64,000 nt of DNA from Octopus sinensis (Eukaryota). The notes below the pieces were generated by a model that was given only the letters and a program-made list of their open reading frames with translations, did not search any database and was not told the origin of the DNA. This document shows positions 1-13,937 of this stretch, one piece after another. The position numbers and the translations under genes are program-made. The stretch covers positions 98,580,001-98,644,000 of the forward strand of contig NC_043004.1 of assembly GCF_006345805.1 (NCBI RefSeq), written 5' to 3'. Position 1 is the first letter of the stretch; every line of letters begins with the position of its first letter.

Positions 1-441
1 ACCCATGCTAGCATGAAAAGTGGACACTAAACAATGATAATGAAGAATATGATATATATATCTGCATATGCCAGGTGTGACATATATGTTTATCCAATAT
101 TCATTTTATCATAAAATAAGATTTAAGTCTTGGTTAATGAATAGTCTACAGATTGATTGCTATATTTATTGACAATATTTTATACATATTTACAATTCGA
201 AATGGCCACATATGCTTTCACCCTAGTCCTTAATTCATTATACTAGCAATTTTCACTTCACAATTCTTTATGAAAGCCATTTTCATTGCTATAATTTATT
301 CACATTTAGTTTCAGCTGCCATTTTTAATTAAGGGTAAACAATAAAATAAAAGAATGTTAGGAAACATTATACAACATTTGCAACTAATTTTGTGAATAA
401 GAATGTGTCAATTTATGTTTGAATAATGGGTAATTATAATG

Positions 442-513
442 TTTAAATAAAAGTTAAATGTATATATATCACACCTGGTATATATACAAACACATACATA
501 CAAACACACACAC

Positions 514-544
<31 letters not shown>

Positions 545-631
545 TATATATGTATACATATATGTATATACACACAAGCACATGTACAAACACACATATA
601 TATATATACACACAAGCACATGCACACACAC

Positions 632-674
<43 letters not shown>

Positions 675-816
675 CACACACACATGTACACACACACATG
701 CATACATACATACATACATGCATGCATACATACATACACACACATACATACATACATACATACATACATACATACATACATGCATACATACATGCATGCA
801 TACATACATGCATACA
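442..816. repeat. Compound (TA)n/(CA)n/(TACA)n microsatellite
   Basis: Direct reading; explains the overlapping Y/I/C/V/M/H-rich ORFs. Confidence 0.95.
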
Positions 817-1051
817 TTATTATTATATATTGCCCACAAGGGGCTAAACATAGAGGGGACAAACAAGGACAGACAAAGGGATTAAGTCGATTACAACGAC
901 CCCAGTGCGAAACTGGTACTTTATTTATCGACCCCGAAAGGATGTAAGGCAAAGTCAACCTCGGCGGAATTCGAACTCAGAACGTAGCGGCAGACAAAAT
1001 ACCGCTAAGCATTTCACCCGACGTGCTAACGATTCTGCCAGCTCGCCACCT
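817..1051 (-). mobile_element. tRNA-derived SINE, family 2 (head GGTGGCGAGCTGGCAGAATCG)
   Basis: A-box and B-box (GAGTTCGAATTCC) on minus strand, (TAA)n tail; related copies at 37805-38012, 44565-44750, 53912-54330. Confidence 0.85.
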
Positions 1052-1390
1052 TACATACATGCATACATACATACATACATACGTGTGTGGGTGTATGCAT
1101 ATATGATTGTATGTAAGAGACCATTTATTCTTGCTTAGACATTTGTCTAGAAGTTGCACTCTTAAGTAACATCAGTGACTGCATTTGAATCCAATGATGT
1201 AGACATGTTCTTTTTTAGGAAAATGCCTACATCATATAGAAACTGAGATTGGCCCTTTCCTTACTTTAAAGAATTCCAAGTGCAAACATCACCTGATTTT
1301 TTATAACTTTTCTTCAATGTGTTGCATATTATTGGTGGGTTTTGGCACAAAAGGCAAACCCATCAATGAAAAATTCCATAATGGAATAAT

Positions 1391-1788
1391 ACTCTTTTAC
1401 TCTTTTATTGTTTCAGTCATTTGACTGCGGCCATGCTGGAGCACCGCCTTTAGTCAAGCAAATTGACCCCGGGACTTATTCTTTGTAAGCCCAGTACTTA
1501 TTCTATCGGTCTCTTTTTGCCAAACCGCTAAGTGACGGGGACGTAAACACACCAGCATCAGTTGTCAAGCAATGCTAGGGGGACAAACACACATACACAT
1601 ATATATATGTATATATACATATATACGACAGGCTTCTTTCAGTTTCCGTCAACCAAATCCACTCACAAGGCATTGGTCGGCCCGGGGCTATAGCAGAAGA
1701 CACTTGCTCAAGATGCCACGCAGTGGGACTGAACCCGCAACCATGTGGTTGGTTAGCTGCTACTTACCACACAGCCACTCCTGCGCCT
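1391..1788 (-). mobile_element. tRNA-derived SINE, family 1 (head AGGCGCAGGAGTGGCTGTGTGGTAAG, internal TA/CA microsatellite)
   Basis: Full-length copy; at least 7 near-complete copies and many fragments in the window. Confidence 0.9.
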
Positions 1789-1846
1789 GTTTAGCATGTT
1801 TTATCATGGGTGGCAATTCTCTGAACAGCTGCAGCAAGAGGCATAC

Positions 1847-1883
1847 ATTGTAACCACATCTGTGCAAGAGTGTGTAGGAGGTC
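1847..1883 (-). CDS. Candidate short exon of unidentified host gene (DLLHTLAQMWLQ)
   Basis: Acceptor ggttttgttaatcctgctcag|G, donor AAT|gtatgc, open frame phase 0 to 1. Confidence 0.25.
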
Positions 1884-1980
1884 CTGAGCAGGATTAACAA
1901 AACCATACAATAACCATACTGCTTTAAGACAACAATCAAAAGATGACTTTGATTGAAATCAAGTAGCAGTCTTTCACTGA

Positions 1981-1993
1981 ATATGTATGTATG

Positions 1994-2027
<34 letters not shown>

Positions 2028-2420
2028 TGTATGTATGTTTGTACGTATGTACGTATGTACGTATGTACGTATGTATGTATGTATGTATGTATGTATGTAT
2101 GTATGTATGCATGCATGTATGTATGTATGTATGTATGTATGCATGTATGTGTGTTTGTGTGTATGTATGTATGTATGCATGTATTATGTATGTCTGTATG
2201 TATGTATATATGCATGTCTGCAAGTATTATGTATGTACGTATGTTTGTGTATATGAATGTATGTATGTGTGCTTGTATGCATGTATTATGTATGTATGTA
2301 TTATATAAAAATGAATGTATGTATGTATGTATGCATATATGTATGCATGCATGTATGTATGCATGTATGCATGCATGTATGTATGTTTGTATGTCTATAT
2401 GTATGTATGAATGTATGTGA
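1981..2420. repeat. (TATG)n microsatellite
   Basis: Direct reading. Confidence 0.95.
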
Positions 2421-2495
2421 ACTCACAAATTCCATCTTTTGTAACTTACAGAAATGTAGATCTGAGAGCTTATAAGCAAAATCTTGTTCTTATAT

Positions 2496-2542
<47 letters not shown>

Positions 2543-2819
2543 TATGTATTTTATATATATAACCCTTTTATGCACTCCATAGGTCTACCTATTTGTGGAT
2601 GTATTCATATACATTTTTACATACATAGACACATATATACATACATACACATCTCTGTATGAATTTACTTCATTATTTACTCATAGAGTTCTTCATATGT
2701 ATAAAATTTATGTATAAAATCACACAAATACACATACCAATAAATTCTTCAGATATATAAATATAGATGCACACAATATCTTGAAATCTATAGAAAATAT
2801 TAAACATTATGTAATCTCT

Positions 2820-2834
2820 GTCTCTCTCTGTCTC

Positions 2835-2883
<49 letters not shown>

Positions 2884-2903
2884 GTGCAAATATGTATGTG
2901 TGT

Positions 2904-2937
<34 letters not shown>

Positions 2938-3106
2938 GTATAACACGTGTGTGCATGTGCATATATGTGTGTGTGTATGTGTCCATGACATATACATATA
3001 TACATGTGTATATATATATGTATGTCTGTGTGTGTGTATATATATATAAGGATTTAAGGATATATATATATATATATATATATAGATAGATAGATAGATA
3101 GGTAGG

Positions 3107-3176
<70 letters not shown>

Positions 3177-3240
3177 TATAGATAAATAGATAGATACAGA
3201 CACACACATATACATGCAGCTGCCTTACAAGCAGATACAG
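2820..3240. repeat. Compound (TC)/(TA)/(CA)/(GATA)n microsatellite
   Basis: Direct reading. Confidence 0.95.
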
Positions 3241-3734
3241 ATACATACATTATAGTTAGGAGGTATATACAACGTAAATATTTTTTCTAACTATCCTCAA
3301 TAAATGGAAGAATAATATTAGCTGAAATCCCCATCAGGGATTGATTTAAGTACATGGAGGAATCCAAGAGAGATTTTTCCATCTCTATTTCGTTTTTGTA
3401 TTTTTGATAATTTGATGTTTAGTTTGCCATTTTCAAATATTCAGCAAAATTGTAATGGCTCCAGCATTTATAACTTGACTGGTTTTAAGTACAAGCATTA
3501 CAGCTTGTCATAAAGACATTCTGATGGCCTGGTACATTAAGCTGCAAACCATTTTGTCTAGTACTGCTGGGATTACATGCATTTCAACCAATCAATGAAA
3601 GAAATTGCTTATTCAAATCTACATCCATAGATATTTTCTTTTAATCCAAATCCCTGACATTAATTATTCAGAGATGCCATTTTGTATGAAAAATAATAGT
3701 TAAGTTGGTTGTTAAGATATTTAATACATTTGTT

Positions 3735-6535
3735 CAACGCCTACGTCAGAAGTGTTGACCCTGACTTCATCACTGTCACGGAAACATGGGCGCATTCCTT
3801 ACTCTGTGATGGGGTTTTCAACATTACGGGGTACAACCTCTTCCGTAAGGACCGCACTAACCGCCGTGGTGGTGGTGTGATGGTCTACGTTCGTCCAAAT
3901 TTTTTGGTAATTCCTTGTGCCGATTTGAACGAATCACAAGAAGAAGTTTTTTTCTGTGACGTGCGTATGACCATGTCAACACTCTGCTGGCGTTGTTTAT
4001 CGTCCCCCAAGTTACCATCGGGACACACAGCTTTGCAATGTCCTCCGAGCTGCTGCCAGGAAAACAGCCACTTATGTGTTTATTGCAGGCGATTTCAATC
4101 ATCCTGAGATCGATTGGGAGACCTTCCATTGGCCACAGAGTGCAAACGATTTTGTTGAGCTTGTGCTGGACTCAAACTGGTCACAAGTAGTCACCTCTCC
4201 AACAAGAGGCGACAACACCTTGGACCTGCTCTTCACCACAACTCCTGAAGCGGTTATCAATTGCACTACGGAGGAACCTCTAGGTGACTCTGATCATGCT
4301 ATGATCATCGCCAATCTGGCTCTTGCGGGCAACAAAAACTGAACCATCTCCAATCTGCTTCCTTCGATTGGAAGAGAGCAGATTGGAACCTGTACCACAC
4401 TGAACTACAGCACCCAAACTGGCGTGAATTCTACAACTCTGGAGATGTGAATACTATACTCCAGAGTATCCTGGACTCAATATGGCAGCAGTGCAGCATC
4501 AGTGCCACGTAAAAAAAAAAGAAGAACCGCCCCAAAAGGGCAATTTGGGAAACTTCAGCGGTCCGACTTGCCAGGAGGGAACGTCGGACTGCTGAACGGG
4601 AATACAGGTTGCATAAATCAGACACCAACAGGAAGAAGCGGAATAAATCCTCCAACCATCTCAAGCAAGTGACAAAAAAAGCAGTGCTTGAATTTGAACA
4701 GTGCATAGCAGCCAATCCTGACAGCAAGGTTTTCTGGAAATATGTGCACTCAAAGCAGAGACCTCACTCTCCAGTGGCCCCTCTTCGCAATCCTCACACA
4801 AACCAGATCACTGACGACCCCAAGAATGCGCAGAACTCATTGCCGAGTGCTATGCAAACATATTCACTGTTGAAAGTCAAAATGTACCATCTTCACCATC
4901 ACTAACAGCAAACTCCATAACAACTATGGAATTTACACCTGCAATGCTGCGACGTCACCTTCAAAATAAGCGCAACTATGCCTCCCCTGGTCTCGATGGA
5001 GTTACATACCTGCTTCTCAAACGTGGCAGGCACTCCTTTTACAACAGCTTTCTATTTTCTCCCAGTACTGTCTCAACAATGGTGCTACTCCGGAGCAGTG
5101 GAAAACTGCCAGTGTCATTCCTCTGTTCAAAAAGGGTGACCGCACATCACCTGTCAACTATCGCCCAGTCAGTCTCACTAGCTGTATTGCAAAACTGATG
5201 GAATCGTGGTGTCAGAGAAACACTCTGGAACTTCTGGAGCTCTCACAGTCTCATCCGACCCTCACAATATGGATTTGTCCCTAACTCCAGCTGCAGTGAC
5301 CAGCTTGTCGAGTTCCTTGAGGACATTACTCAGATTACTGACAGTGGCTCATGGGTGGATGTTGTCTATCTTGACTTTGCTAAGGCTTTCAACTCTGTGC
5401 CACACAAAAGGCTTATGGTGAAAAACTCTCTGCAATGGGTGTGGGGGATGACCTTTTTAACTGGTTGAAATCCTTCATCCTCAGCCGAAAGGAGGTAGTC
5501 ACAGTTCTAGGACAGCACTCTACACCATATGAGATGTCATCGGGTGTACCACAGGGATCTGTCCTTGGTCCCCTCTTGTTTGTGGCATACATTAACGACA
5601 TAGATGCCAATTTAAGAATGCCACAGTATTGAAATATGCAGACGACATCAAGCTGTACCTTGAAATCAAGAGGACAGATCCTGATGTCTACAACTCTTTC
5701 CTGCAATCAGACCTAGACACAATGCAGCAATGGATCACAGACTGGCAACTGAAACTGGCTGTGGACAAGTGTACCACCATGCATTTTGGGAGAAAAAACC
5801 CTGCGTTCACATACTCCCTCCACAACACTGATATCAAAAAATCCTCTTGCGAGCGTGACCTAGGCATCACTGTCAGCAGTGATTTGCGTTGGTCAAAGCA
5901 TATCTCTAAGATTGTCAGGAAGGCCGAGGGTGTCTTAGCATCACTCAGCAGGTCTTTTGTTAGCCGCTCTCCAGCCATCTATTTAAAACTGTATACAGCT
6001 ATGGTACGACCACACTTGGAATTCGCATCATCAGTTTGGAACCCCTATCTTGCACAGAACATTGACCTCCTGGAATCTGTCCAGAGACGTGCAACCAAAC
6101 GCATACCCTCCATCAGACACCTACCATATTCTGAGCGCCTTGTTTCCCTGGGCATGGATTCACTGAAGCTCCGGCATTTGGCGACGGACTTGGTAAACAC
6201 CCACAAGTTATCAACCACCTCACCAACAACAACACTGAACACCTTTTTGATCTCCATGTGTCTAACACACGTGGACATGCCTACAAAGTCAGAAAACAAT
6301 ACAGCTCCCATGACTTTCGGAAACATTTTTTCACGCTCAGAGTTGCTGAAGCATGGAATAAACTGCCTGCGTCAGTTGTTGACTGCCATGACACTGCATC
6401 TTTTAAGGCCCTCATGCTTTCCGAAATCCGCCGAAACTACACCTGATTATATATACACTTTAGATGAGTTGTAGTGCACCTGAGCACTGTACACAATTAT
6501 TATTATTATTATTATATTATTATTATTATTATTAT
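3735..6535 (+). mobile_element. CR1-clade LINE, 5'-truncated and frameshifted (APE endonuclease + reverse transcriptase)
   Basis: Motifs TETW, RKDR..RGGGV, AGDFN, LDLLF, SDH, PQGSVLGPLLF, YADD, RPHLEFASSVWNP, ESVQRRATK split over several ORFs; (TTA)n tail. Confidence 0.95.
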
Positions 6536-6804
6536 GCATTGAGTGTTGCATATAGCTAATTGGAAATGGTTATGCTGAGAGGTATACATACCTAATAAGA
6601 AATAATTAAGTGGCTTTGTGGTTAAGAAGTTTGCTTCCCAACCACACGTAAGAAACCTTGAGCAAATGTCTTTTACAATAGCTTTGGGCCATCTGAAATC
6701 GTGTATGAGAAACGGGTAGTGAAGTGTGTTTAGATATGTATTGATAAGAATGAAATATATGTGTATATATGAATGGGTTAAATATGTGTGTGTGTGTGTG
6801 CATA

Positions 6805-8062
6805 CAGGGGTTGGACAAAATAATGGAAACACCTAGCATCATTGCATCATAATTTTGAAGTAGCTATAAAACTGCCAAAAGCTTGTTTATTTTTATGCTT
6901 TTTGATTTATTATTAGTGTTGCTTCATGTTTAGCTAAAATTCCTGTTTCTTTTCAGACATCATCAGAAAAACGTAATTAAAATTCATTAATTTGACAGAT
7001 CTTTCCACTCAACTTTTTCAAAGAGGTCAACTTGTTGGTACTCTTATGGCAAGCACTTGCATAATGAAAACAGCTGAAATGTTTGCTGTATCAAGAAGTA
7101 CCATCTTGAAAGTAATGTCAGCCTTTGTGAAAGAGGGAAAAAACTCCTCATCAAATCAAAACTCCTAAAGAAATCCGAAACTTTCAGATAGGGACTGTCA
7201 GACTCTTATGCAAATTGTTAGAAATGATCACAAATGTACAGCTCTCAGAATTATTGTCAGAGCTTAATAACCACCTCGAAAACCCAGCTCCCACTACAAC
7301 TGTTCATGGGAGGGCTGCAATAAGAAAATGACAACATTCAAAAACAAACATTGCAAAGCATTTAGAATGGAGTAAAAATCTACAGAATTGGTCCCTAGAG
7401 CAGTGGAAGAATGTTATTTTCTTGGACGAGTCATCCTTTACCCTATTTCCATCCATCGGCCAAGTATACATGTGGTGACAACCGAAAGAAGCATTTAACC
7501 CAGACTGTCTTCTTCCAACTGTTTAACACGGAGGAGGATCTGTGATGATCTTGGGGTGGGGCTATATCTTGGAAATTTACTGGCCCAATGGTTTCCCCAC
7601 CTCATGGCAGAATTAATAGTCAAGACTCTTTAAGCATTTTATCTTATCAAATTCATCCTATATTTGCAGAACTGTTTCTGGAGGGAAACACAATCTTTCA
7701 GGATGATAATGCATCAATCCACACTGCTATAGTTGTCACTGAATAGCAAGAGGAACATTCTAGTGAAGTTGAACATCTTGTCTGGCCACCACAGTCCCCA
7801 GATCTCAATATTATTGAACATTTATGGTGCACTTTAGAAAAACAAGTAAGAAGTTGATAACCTCCACCATCATCACTACAAGAATTGGAGACTGTTTTAG
7901 CTGAAGAATGGAACAAAATTCCTTTGGAAACAATTCAAACTTTGTACGAGTCCATGCCTCATAGAATTTAAGCTGTAACTAGTGACAAAGGTGGTCCTAA
8001 TTCATATTAAGATAAATTTGTTTGAAATTTTAAGGTTTTTACATTATTTTGACTGACCCCTG
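6805..8062 (+). mobile_element. Tc1-type DNA transposon, decayed transposase (~6992-8010)
   Basis: Imperfect TIRs CAGGGGTTGGACAAAATAATGG / rc CAGGGGTCAGTCAAAATAATGT, TA at both ends; motifs FLDESSF, FQDDNASIH, WPPQSPDLNIIEHLW. Confidence 0.92.
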
Positions 8063-8073
8063 TACATATACAT

Positions 8074-8112
<39 letters not shown>

Positions 8113-8488
8113 CAACAATAAATTTTCCTTTGATTTCTGAATTACTACTATTTAGCGGTTTGAGTTTAGTTGCTCGTTTTAGTGAGTTGAATGGCCTTTT
8201 AAGGCCATTCCTTAATATTATTGTTGAATGTATATTATATAGTCTTTTGACTATTTTTTCTTTCTCACTAGACCGCTGGTGGTGAAAAAAAATTTCTGTT
8301 GAATTTTTTGCTTGCCTTATATTGATTAATATATATATATATATATATATGTACAAATTAAAAAGGGTATCTTAGCAATTAGAACCTAAAGGCAAGATTA
8401 ATATAGGTCACAAAAGTGACAGAGGGTACTGACTAGCACTGCTTTTGCTAAAGATAAGAGTTAAGTTAACTCAAAGCCACAGACATAC

Positions 8489-8618
8489 TGTCTTAAGTGA
8501 CTGACAAAGGGAGGTAAGTCTCCAGCATACATAGCCAGACCATGAATTTGAGTTGTGATGTAGTCCATCTTAATCCTTATTAGCAGCTCGTAACACCTTG
8601 GGTTAAACGCACCTATCT
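8489..8618 (-). CDS. Candidate exon (IGAFNPRCYELLIRIKMDYITTQIHGLAMYAGDLPPFVSHLR)
   Basis: 42 open codons in non-repeat DNA, donor ACA|gtatgt, weaker acceptor; phase 1 to 2 is not directly compatible with the 9953 exon. Confidence 0.3.
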
Positions 8619-8645
8619 CTGTCAGTGTAATATATATATATATTT

Positions 8646-8905
8646 CATCATCATCATCGTCATCGTTTAGCGTCTGCTTTGCTGGCATGGGTTGGACAGT
8701 TTGACTGAGGACTGGTGAGCCAGCGGCTGCACCAGGCTCAATCTGATCTGGCAAAGATTCTCCAGCTGGATACTCTTCCTAATGCCAACCACTCCGAGAG
8801 TGTAGTGGGTGCTTTTTAGGGCCAATCAAGCAGTTCTGGTAACAACCACGCTCAAAAAGTGTTTTTACATGCTACCTACACGGGAGCCAGTCTTGTAGAA
8901 CTGAC

Positions 8906-8908
<3 letters not shown>
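8646..8908 (-). mobile_element. RTE-tailed short element, family 4 ((GAT)n tail)
   Basis: Shared body GGAAGGGCATCCAGC...CCAACCCATGCTAGCATGG; more than 10 copies in window. Confidence 0.8.
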
Positions 8909-8953
<45 letters not shown>

Positions 8954-9371
8954 GAATTACATACGTATATATACATAAATGAATTATATATATATGTATG
9001 AATGAACTATATAAGAATATACATGAATGAATTATATATCTATATATTTGAATGAATCAACCCTGGTACTTATGTTTTAAACAAAAATATAAGTATTGGG
9101 GTCGATTCATTGACTAAAAATTCTTCAAGGCAGTGCCCCAGCATGGCCACAGTTTTATAATAGAAACAAATAAAAGATATATATATGCATGTGTGCATGT
9201 GGGTGGGGCGTATGTGTGTGAATGCAGGTGTACCCTTGTTTTGAATTTGTGTGGTAGCAATTATCAACTTTTGCCATCATATAAGCAGTTTCCTTCATTT
9301 CTAACATGTTCAACAATGGGGAAATATCGTATGACTTGGAAACAGGTGAGGTTTGGTGACAAGATGGTCAT

Positions 9372-9681
9372 GTGTGGAGGCACATGGCCTAGTGGTTAGA
9401 GTAGCGGACTCGTGGTCGAGGGTTCGCGGGTCCGAATCTCAGACCGGGCAATGTGTGTGTTTATGAGGGAAACACCTAAGCTCCACGCGGCTCTGGCCGA
9501 AGGTAATGGCAAACTTCTGCTGACGCTTTCACCACAACTTTCTCTCACTCTTTCCTCCTGCATCTTGTGCTCACCTTCGATAGACTGGCGTCCCATCCAG
9601 GTGGGGAACCTATGCGCCAAGAAACCGGGAAACCGGCCCTTATGAGCCAGGCATAGCTCGAGAAGGAACAAACAACAAACA
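9372..9681 (+). mobile_element. tRNA-derived SINE, family 3, full length with 13-bp TSD
   Basis: A-box TGGCCTAGTGG, B-box-like GGGTCCGAATCTC, (AAAC)n tail; TSD ACAAGATGGTCAT at 9359-9371 and 9682-9694. Confidence 0.9.
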
Positions 9682-9952
9682 ACAAGATGGTCATCGAACC
9701 ACAGACAAATCAGCCTTGATGAACTACCTCTGGTGCATGCAAGCAGAGAAAAGTAATCCTAAAAACCAATGATGATGATGAAGTATATTTTTGATTAGAA
9801 ATAAGTAACTGGTGATGAAAATATATAATTTGTCCAATGAATGATATTATTTTTATCATTTTGGCAAATATGGGAGACAAGACTGGTTATAATTTGGTCG
9901 TATTAGATATTCTCTTAAGAAAAAAGAAAAAGACAGATTTCATCTTACTTAC

Positions 9953-10017
9953 CAATGGAGTGAGAAGAATATATACAAGTGATTCACTAAGAATATGTAC
10001 AATATCATAAATGCCAA
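9953..10017 (-). CDS. Candidate host exon (GIYDIVHILSESLVYILLTPL)
   Basis: Acceptor cattttatgcag, donor TTG|gtaagt; 65 nt, phase 1 to 0, joins the 10254-10335 exon in frame. Confidence 0.5.
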
Positions 10018-10253
10018 CTGCATAAAATGTACTGTACATGCTCACCACATTAAATATGCAATACAATATTATTCAAGAGCATTACATTAAATATGCTACA
10101 GAATAATACAATATTCTCCATTCTGTCTACGTATAATAAATTAACACTAATTAACTACTTCCTTAGATGATTGTAAGTATTTTTCAAAGTCTTAGCAAAC
10201 TTCTCCATGTGCCAACTCACATACTTTAGGTTTGTTAGTATTTTTAGTCTTAC

Positions 10254-10335
10254 CTGCTGGATATGGAGAAGGAGTACTGCCCATGGCTAATGCACAATAT
10301 CTTAAAGACACATATGATTGCTTTAAAATGGTAAG
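10254..10335 (-). CDS. Candidate host exon (LTILKQSYVSLRYCALAMGSTPSPYPA)
   Basis: Acceptor tataattttgtcag, donor CAG|gtaaga; 82 nt, phase 0 to 1. Confidence 0.55.
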
Positions 10336-10474
10336 CTGACAAAATTATAAACCGGTTGAATAAAATGCTTAGTAGTACTTTTTCTAGGTTGTTACATATT
10401 GATTTCAAATTCAATTGAGGTCAACTTCCATCTTTTCAGGGTAGATAAAATAAGTAACAGTCATGTACTGGGGG

Positions 10475-10680
10475 TCATCATCATCCACATCAGTTAACAT
10501 CCGTTGTTCATGTTGACATGGGCTGGATGTTTTGATCACAGCTGGTAAGCTGAGGGGCTGTACCAGGCTCCAGTCTAATTTGACATGGTTTCTATGGTTG
10601 GTTGCCCTTTCTAACACCAACTATTCAAAGAGTGTAATGGGTGCGTTTATGTGCCACAGGCATGGGTCCAGTTGTGTGAC
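10475..10680 (-). mobile_element. Family 4 RTE-tailed element, degenerate
   Basis: Similarity to 8646-8908 and 23349-23810. Confidence 0.7.
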
Positions 10681-11369
10681 ACCAGTATCTGCCACGACTA
10701 TGATTTCACTTGGCTTGATGGATCTTCTCAAGCACGGCATATTTGCCAAAGATCTTGGGGTCAATGTAATCAATTATATCCACACCCTAAAATTGCAGAT
10801 CGTATACCAAAATTTGAAAATATTATGTCTGCTTAAATTGTTACAAGTCAAGACTTGTAGGAAAGATTTGAAGTTATTCAACCCCTCAACCTTACCTAAC
10901 TTCTACAGTTATCCTACCTTTCCTACTTAATATTCCTCAATGCCTGTTCTTCATTATAACCACTCTCAAACCTATTTCCAGCCTCTAACCATTTCATAAT
11001 CTCCCTACACACTTACAACTTCTACCCATACAAAATCTCAGTACTTCTGCTCTCACTTGCTTCTAATCATCTTGTAACTTAAGGGTCCTCCCTGACAGCT
11101 ATTACTAAAACTACTAATTTGTCTGTCACTTCAGCTCCACCCCTGGTAACTCCTACCCTCTCTTTTTTAGTATCTGTAACCATGTAGCTCCCCTTAAGCA
11201 AGAAACCTGTTCTGTTCAGGCCCCCTTCTTTCATACTTTAACCACTGATCTTCTAAAATAATGCCACCTCCCTATCTACTATGCCCTGATCAGTCTTGCA
11301 AGCAGCATAGCAACATCAACTGGTGCTGGTACCATAAGAAACACTCAGTCACTCATAGAAAAATGATAT

Positions 11370-11540
11370 GGCGCAGGAGTGGCTGTGTGGTAAGTAGCTT
11401 ACTTACCAACCACATGGTTCCGGGTTCAAACCCACTGCATGGCACCTTGGGCAAGTGTCTTCTACTATAGCCTCGGGCCGACCAAAGCCTTGTGAGTGGA
11501 TTTGGTAGACGGAAACTGAAAGAAGCCCGTCGTATATATG

Positions 11541-11571
<31 letters not shown>

Positions 11572-11781
11572 TTGTGTGTCTGTGTTTGTCCCCCTAGCAT
11601 TGCTTGACAACCGATGCTGGTGTGTTTATGTCCCCGTCACTTAGCGGTTCGGCAAAAGAGACCGATGGAATAAGTAATAGGCTTACAAAGAATAAGTTCC
11701 GGGGTTGAGTTGCTCGACTAAAGGCCGCGCTCCAGCATGGCTGCAGTCCACAGACTGAAACAAGTAAAAGAGTAAAGAGTA
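11370..11781 (+). mobile_element. SINE family 1, full length
   Basis: Head GGCGCAGGAGTGGCTG, B-box-like GGGTTCAAACCC, tail GTAAAAGAGTAAAGAG. Confidence 0.9.
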
Positions 11782-12102
11782 TACAAAGACAATTTGAAAG
11801 GATCACATTCTGGGATGGAAGGTTTGCATGTAGAGTCTAATTGAGGGTTTTGGGGATTGGACACAAAATGTGTGATGTAAGAAGGAGAGATGAAAAGAGT
11901 CAGTACTACTTGAGTTGAAGTGGCACACAACCAACTAACTCTGAAGAGTGAGCCACAATAGTAGGAGTAGAAAACACAGGGAGAAGAGAGAATAAACATT
12001 AAGAGAGAGAAATTTTCTCTGGAGAGTGTTCTGTATATTAAACACTCAGAGTTTCATGCCTGCAATGCAATGAACACTGAAAAAAGAAACAAACTTGATT
12101 AA

Positions 12103-12400
12103 GCACAGCTCCCATGACTTCAGGAAACATTTTTTCACGCTGAGAGTTGCTGAAGCATGGAACAAACTGCCGGCATCAGTTGTTAGTTGTCGGAGCACTG
12201 CATCCTTCAAAACTTCTATGCTTCCTGAGATTCGCCAACACTACACTTGATTTTCTCCCCTCCATACACACACAAGCATGTATCTGACTCATACATTGTT
12301 CGCTTTCCAGACATTTCTACATTACTGCATGTACTTTATATGCTCTTTCTGACAAGTTGTGGTGCACCTGAGCACTGTATACAATAATTTCATTATTATT
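12103..12400 (+). mobile_element. CR1 LINE 3'-end fragment (second subfamily)
   Basis: Matches 6300-6440 (FFTLRVAEAWNKLPASVV); different 3' UTR middle; same terminal GTGCACCTGAGCACTGTA and TTA tail. Confidence 0.9.
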
Positions 12401-13321
12401 TTATTTTTAAGTGAGATTATTTTTTATATTTAGAAGACTAACACTTTCGCCACATTGTTTAAAAGTGATATCTTGAATAACATAAGCTAGTTCAAATTCG
12501 AAAATGAAGACAATACTTTTAGAAGAGAATTTAAAATCAGTTAGCGAAAGTAATGGATCTCATTCAAAATTAATTTTATAATCCTAGAGCTGTTAATAGC
12601 CAGTTTGTGGAAGCAAGGGCTTTTTTCAAAGTTAAATTTATGATCTTAGAGGTTTTAAGAGCTAACTGATGAAAGGAATATATGATCTTTTAAAGATAAA
12701 TTATAATCCTAGAGCTGTTGAAAGAGTTTGTTCAATCATTTACCTTCACATGTCTAATGCGTGGCCTTTTTTTTTTTCTCAAAATTTTGGGTCAATATGT
12801 AAGCCAAATAAATCCATGGACATGAATGAATAATGGTATAAATTTTGTAAATTGCAATGTCAGTAACTGCAGAGGGAATTGGAATATGTTAGGGTTAATG
12901 TGAGTTAGCAACAAGATTCAAAGATCAAGGAAGGTGAAAATGTCTTACAAAATACTTTAATAATTTAAGGTTGCTTAGGGTGAAGGAGTACAGCTTAGTG
13001 GTTAAGGTGGTGGATTCACGCTTGTATACTCTTCTACGTTTTTCAGACACTGGACTGTAGCCATGCTGGAGCACTACTATTTAGAGTTCGATTTACAGAT
13101 AAACTACAATATTCATTTTAAATCTGGGACTTATTCTGTCAGTCGCTTTGGTTGAGCTACTAGGTTATGATGACATAAACAAACCAACACTCATGGCCAA
13201 TTCGTGGGGAGCCAGCATAAACATCTACACACACACAGGCACACACACATACACATACATACACACATTCATACACTCACACACACACATGTATATAAAA
13301 CTATATATATATATATATATC

Positions 13322-13590
13322 AACCTCGCCTGGCCCCCGTGCCGGTGGCACATAAAAAGCACCATCCGATCGTGGCCGTTTGTCAGCCTCATCTTGTACC
13401 TGTGCAGGTGTCATGTAAAAAACACCCACTACACTCACGGAGTGGTTGGCATTAGGAAGGGCATCCAGCTGTAGAAACATTGCCAGATCAGACTGGGCCT
13501 GGCGCAGCCTACTGGCTTCCCAGACCCCAGTTGAACCGTCCAACCCATGCTAGCATGGAAAACGGACGTTAAACGATGATGATGATGATA
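13322..13590 (+). mobile_element. Family 4 RTE-tailed element
   Basis: GTGCCGGTGGCAC hairpin units followed by conserved body and (GAT)n tail. Confidence 0.85.
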
Positions 13591-13666
13591 TATATATATA
13601 TATATAAATTACGGAGATGTAATTGCATAGCGAGTGACTTGATCTGAGATCGTGTGCTGGAATGAA

Positions 13667-13937
13667 AACAATTGCAGCATGAAAGGTGTTTATAAGCTAT
13701 TTAAGAAACACACAAAAACCGTTAGATTCACTTCAACATTTAAATTTAATTTGTCAAAATAATTTCGTTGCTTTGAGACTGCGACGTGTTCAATGACAAA
13801 ACTTTGTGCTGCGGGAACAGGTCGCGTTCTCAAAGCAACGAAAATATTATGACAAATTAAATTTAAATGTTGTAGTGAATCTAACAGTTTTTATGTGTTT
13901 CTTAAATGAATTATAAACACCTTCCATGCTGCAATTG

